Source: Bdellovibrionota bacterium FG-1 (GTDB taxonomy: Bacteria > Bdellovibrionota > UBA1018). From it: a stretch of DNA of 64,000 nucleotides. The translations under genes and the position numbers were made by a program. A model generated the notes under the pieces. That model ran no database searches. It was not told the DNA's origin and worked only from the letters and a program-made list of their open reading frames with translations. Where the stretch lies: positions 30,504-94,503 of the forward strand of contig JBBCAW010000041.1 in NCBI GenBank assembly GCA_051382295.1, read 5' to 3'. Shown piece by piece: positions 60,349 through 64,000 of this stretch. Each line of letters begins with the position of its first letter. Within the stretch, counting starts at the first letter, position 1.

Positions 60349-61143
60349 TTACTCTTCGACCGTGATCTGGTTCCGGAATAACCGCTCCAGTGCTTCCGCG
60401 GTGTCATGCCAGTCACAATCCGTAAGCCGCTCCAAGGTAAAATGGCGCGTGCAATTTTCCAGCAATCGCTGAAGTGGTGCGAGCGCGATCAATGGGATCG
60501 AAAGTACGTCCGAATCATTCATGGCCGCGCCCATTCGAATAATGTCTCGCAGGTGCTTCACGGCTTTGTTTCTATCTCTGGAATTTGCTGAAACACTTAG
60601 ATTCTCAAACGCATAGGCCTTCATGACCACCAGAAGTGGGATGCTTGCCACCGGAAGAAGTTCATCCCCTTTCTCGTCGAGTGGTAAATATTCGCGATGA
60701 ACCTTGAGCAAGTTTACAAAGTGGGGTTCGCAGACAATTGAGGACATTTCAAATTCTTCGAGCCGCTGCGTGGGCCTTGCAAGGGGGATTCCCTCTTTGC
60801 GACGGGTTGCAATTTCAAGTTGGGAAGGCGCCAAAGGATCGGTTGGTTTTGTGAATCGATAAGCCTGTGCCTTTCCGCTCGTAAGGGCGGCACATTCATA
60901 TCCGCAGCTATTCACATAATTTCCGAACTCAATCAGAAAGTCCGATGCCTGACCATCTTCAGACAAATCCAGCGTAACGATGTCAAGATCGTCGGTTTTT
61001 CGCGGTCGCTTATCTACCCGGCGCTCAATCTGAAGGAGCATTGCGGTTCCACCAATCACCACGAACTTTTCCTTGTGCGGTGCGAATCTGCGTACGAAAT
61101 ATCCGGTATTCTTGGGTGGCGATTGCATTATGGCTGCTCCCAA
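60349..61143 (-). CDS. AbiEii-like nucleotidyltransferase toxin (type IV TA)
   Basis: VVIGGTA, RKTDDLD, MKAYA, KHLRDI motifs. Confidence 0.8.
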   Translation of the reverse strand: MGAAIMQSPPKNTGYFVRRFAPHKEKFVVIGGTAMLLQIERRVDKRPRKTDDLDIVTLDLSEDGQASDFLIEFGNYVNSCGYECAALTSGKAQAYRFTKPTDPLAPSQLEIATRRKEGIPLARPTQRLEEFEMSSIVCEPHFVNLLKVHREYLPLDEKGDELLPVASIPLLVVMKAYAFENLSVSANSRDRNKAVKHLRDIIRMGAAMNDSDVLSIPLIALAPLQRLLENCTRHFTLERLTDCDWHDTAEALERLFRNQITVEE

Positions 61144-62186
61144 AGTGCATTAGGATCAAGGTCATGCGCCGTCACGACTTGGGCCAGCGCGTCGCGAACT
61201 CGCGGGTCGCGTGAGCGGCGCGTATAGAGTGAAAGCTCGATGGAGTTCAGACATTCGTGCTCAGACAAAAACCGAGGATTATCTTTCCAGACCTCAACCA
61301 CAATCGGAATGTTTCGGCCCGCAATGCCTTCTTCCACATTTCCGGGAATAAACTGATCCTGCTGCCAACGATGAAATTCCTTACCCGACATCGCGATAGT
61401 CACCGAGTCGGGTTCGCTCAAGTGGGTCATTCGTGAGAGAGCCGTTTCGCCAGAAAAAACGTATTGAGATATGTCTTTTGGTATTCCCGAAACTTTACCC
61501 TTTCGAATCACCGTCTCCGTCTCAAGTCTGAGGAGTCCGGTCCAGACGTGATTGCGATCTTCAAAATGAAAACGTTTATGTGGGCCTCCGCCTGTGACGG
61601 TAATAAGCTGATGGCCAAGAAGCTGCTGAAACCCCCGCGAGAGCGAACTGATCGAGGTCTCCGCACCGTTTTCGGTTATAGCTTTTGCCCAATCGCGCAA
61701 CGTCCATTGCGGCGAGATTTTTTTCGGCTTCAGAAGAAATAGAACGATGGCTTTTTGAGCGCTTTGCAACAAGCGCTCGTGGATCACTCTTTCTGGAACC
61801 TCACGGAGCAAGTCCGAACGATACCAAGTCCCAAGCTGTGGAGCATAGACCGCCTTTCCGGTGAAGACATGCGGAATGCCCAATCTCACGAGTATTCCTG
61901 CGGATTGGATTGGGAGCGGGTCGGCGACCAGCAATGTGACTATCTCGTCCAAACGCGATGTGACCCGGTAAAGCCGAATGGCTTCTTCGACAGTTGTGGC
62001 ATCTCTTGGCACTATGAGTGCGATTTGGTGATCGGGCCATCGCGCAAGATAGAAATCCGCAACCTGCCGTGCCCAGGCTGGCAACCCAGGAATTTTATGT
62101 ACGGTGACGCCGGGGATGGGAATACTGGTTTTTCGATTGGCCATGAACTGACTGAGGTAGCGTGCGGCAGAAGAAGCAGTCTCCAT
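61128..62186 (-). CDS. AbiEi-like/MarR-type HTH antitoxin
   Basis: HTH (ETSISSLSRGFQQL), SGETALSRMTHLSEP, ELSLY..DPRV motifs; overlaps the NTase gene; leaderless TTGAAT-N16-TATAAT promoter at 62194-62221. Confidence 0.75.
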   Translation of the reverse strand: METASSAARYLSQFMANRKTSIPIPGVTVHKIPGLPAWARQVADFYLARWPDHQIALIVPRDATTVEEAIRLYRVTSRLDEIVTLLVADPLPIQSAGILVRLGIPHVFTGKAVYAPQLGTWYRSDLLREVPERVIHERLLQSAQKAIVLFLLKPKKISPQWTLRDWAKAITENGAETSISSLSRGFQQLLGHQLITVTGGGPHKRFHFEDRNHVWTGLLRLETETVIRKGKVSGIPKDISQYVFSGETALSRMTHLSEPDSVTIAMSGKEFHRWQQDQFIPGNVEEGIAGRNIPIVVEVWKDNPRFLSEHECLNSIELSLYTRRSRDPRVRDALAQVVTAHDLDPNALWEQP

Positions 62187-62316
62187 TACTGATATTATAA
62201 CATGTATTTACCTATATTCAATTGGCTTTTTTCATATCGAGAGATATATACATTTTCCAGTTCAGGAAAAATACGCACTAAATACTGGTAATAGGTCGAA
62301 ATATTTGGAGTTTTGC

Positions 62317-62336
62317 TAGAGTGAAGACCCACTTAA
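62317..62336 (+). repeat. Direct repeat copy 2 flanking the TA module
   Basis: TAGAGTGAAGACCCACTTAA. Confidence 0.8.
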
Positions 62337-62422
62337 GACACATAAAGTGCCATATCCGTCCTTCTGAATTCGAGCAGTGGCAGAAGAGATGGACAACGTA
62401 GCTTCCATCTTTCGGCTGACAG

Positions 62423-63568
62423 CTACTGCTCACTCGGGGCCACGGAACAGCGGAAGCCGAGATACGGCCACGTGCTCAAACGCGAAAAAGCTAGCGACAA
62501 ATTCCATCGTCCGGCTGGAGCCCCCGTGAACGTCGCTCCACCCACGACGGCGCTCCGCAGTACACCGGTATCATCATGTGAAGTGCCGTCGGCATCAGGT
62601 AATGTGTAGGTGCCATCCGAGAAGAGAGTGAACGAGTCGCCTTGGAGTTTGGCCGTTGAAATACCTGCACCGATTGCAAGCGCATTTCCTCCATCACTGC
62701 CAACCATAGGGAGACCCATCGGCGCCGAGAAATAACCAGCGCCGAAGCCTTGAGCCACGGCCGTGCCACCCGCGACTCCAACCGAAAAGAGCCAACTCAG
62801 CGTTCCACTGCTAAATCCGTCAGGGTCACCGCCTGGGAATAGCTGCCCATTGGCTGATCCGCCTGGACCTTGGCTGTGACCTGCCGTGCCGTCAAAATAA
62901 AATCCATTGAGATCACGATTGCCGCTGTCGATGTTGGACGTAATGCCCGTACACGAATGGGAGGATCCCGCATTGCACTGGTCAAGCTGATCGCTCATGT
63001 ATTGATCAACGTTGCCCACCATATCTTGCGCGCCAAAGCGAGATGAGCAGTTTTTCGTTGAATTCGCACCGATGATAACCTGTTTAACGGTGCCGACATT
63101 AGCGCCCGCGCAATCTCCCGTCGGAAAATCACACGTCAAACCCGTGGCACTCTTCGTATTGCACCGAGCCTTGGCCGCATTTGTTAAATGGTCCAAATCA
63201 GTGGTGTATTCCATCGTGTCAATTGCGGCAGTAGACCAGTCCGTAGGCCAAGCGGCGGCCGCGATGTATTCACGATGCCGAAGTAAGCGCTTGGCCCCGT
63301 AATCGGGGTCGGCGGCGGCGACGCAAATGTCATTGGCCCTGGTCTGGTTGACATTGGTGAGCGGTGGCTTGGCCGTCGCGGCCGTGGCCGATGGGGTTAC
63401 AGTATACACCGCTGCTCGCTGGTCGGTGGTGAGAGTGGCGACGTTGCTCGACTTCCATACCCCTGCCACCTTAATCCAACAACCACTGGCTTTGGCGTCG
63501 TAAAACACGTTTCCATCGGCTCCGATTGAATTGTTGGGTAGAACCAGAGTATAGCCGTCCAGCTGATA
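62423..63568 (-). pseudogene. C-terminal part of an FGE-sulfatase/C-type-lectin-fold protein, interrupted by an IS110 insertion
   Basis: QDMVGNV, RSAVVGG, LGFRC motifs; the first ~36 aa of the ORF-track product come from the IS end. Confidence 0.7.
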
Positions 63569-63589
63569 TGGATGGACCCGCCCTTCGTT

Positions 63590-63850
63590 GCAAGGAATTT
63601 TTTGAATCGTGATTTTCAAGTCATTTGAATCGGATGCACCTATGGATCCGGCCTTTAGTTGAGTATTTGACTTCACTCTGGCCCTGATGGGGTTTGCGTC
63701 CTCTGTCCTGATTATCCGATCGGCCTCAAGGGCCTATATCCGCAGCAGGTTTTCAGAGAACCGGTCCGACCTGACTTTTCCATCACTTTTCGTATTTTCC
63801 TCGCAATCCGCTGACGTTAAACCTTACCCTTCAAACTTCTCTCTATGCCC
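63590..63850 (-). ncRNA. Putative bridge/seekRNA of the IS1111-type element
   Basis: GATGG..CAGGTCGGACCG, AAACCTG, CCATCAGGGCCAG, AGGCCGGATCCATA motifs downstream of the transposase; boundaries approximate. Confidence 0.65.
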
Positions 63851-64000
63851 CTATGCTACTTTCACTGACTCACGGTAATTTTCCTCCCGAGCCATAAGCA
63901 CCCAGATCACCCGCGCATTTTTGTTGGCGAGGGCAACGGTTGCCTTGTTAATTCCTCGTCGCTCAATGAGTTTCTTGAGCCACTGACTTTTTGGATCGTC
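63851..64000 (-). CDS. IS110 transposase, C-terminal 49 aa (partial)
   Basis: DDPKSQWLKKLIERRGINKATVALANKNARVIWVLMAREENYRESVKVA*. Confidence 0.9.
   Translation of the reverse strand, partial: DDPKSQWLKKLIERRGINKATVALANKNARVIWVLMAREENYRESVKVA

Larger units (their letters stand above)
63567..64000 (-). mobile_element. IS110 family (IS1111 group) insertion sequence, right part
   Basis: Transposase C-terminus, ~280-nt downstream non-coding end, subterminal IR ATGGACCCGCCC at 63572-63583. Confidence 0.85.

Overview
About 64 kb of mostly gene-dense bacterial chromosome. The gene content (many secreted proteins and lipoproteins, two subtilases, metallopeptidases, a CPAF-like remnant, FecR/FN3, PilZ/HD-GYP, a vWA lipoprotein) suggests Bdellovibrionota; this is an inference, not a database result. 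Housekeeping genes include srkA, ppk2, fadB-fadA, pgsA, glpX, lnt, a PduO-type adenosyltransferase, tRNA-Gly(GCC) and tRNA-Leu(GAG). Accessory DNA begins at about 59.9 kb: an AbiE-like toxin-antitoxin pair between 20-bp direct repeats, and an FGE/C-type-lectin-fold gene interrupted by an IS110/IS1111 element with a bridge/seekRNA-type non-coding end. The most interesting unannotated signals are: (1) a minus-strand structured RNA of about 270 nt (43769-44037) behind a sigma54-type promoter, closed by a perfect 16-bp 5'/3' stem and encoding a 45-aa basic-hydrophobic peptide with a sequestered Shine-Dalgarno (SD), i.e. type I toxin mRNA architecture; (2) a symmetric 11-6-11 dif-like site (59928-59955) near one intact and one catalytically degenerate Xer-like recombinase; (3) seven correctly oriented sigma54 -24/-12 motifs, several with a shared palindromic upstream site; (4) a stand-alone transcript with a 23-aa sORF and a four-hairpin 3' region (11.7-12.07 kb). 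All family calls come from motif recognition by eye; no searches or folding computations were run.
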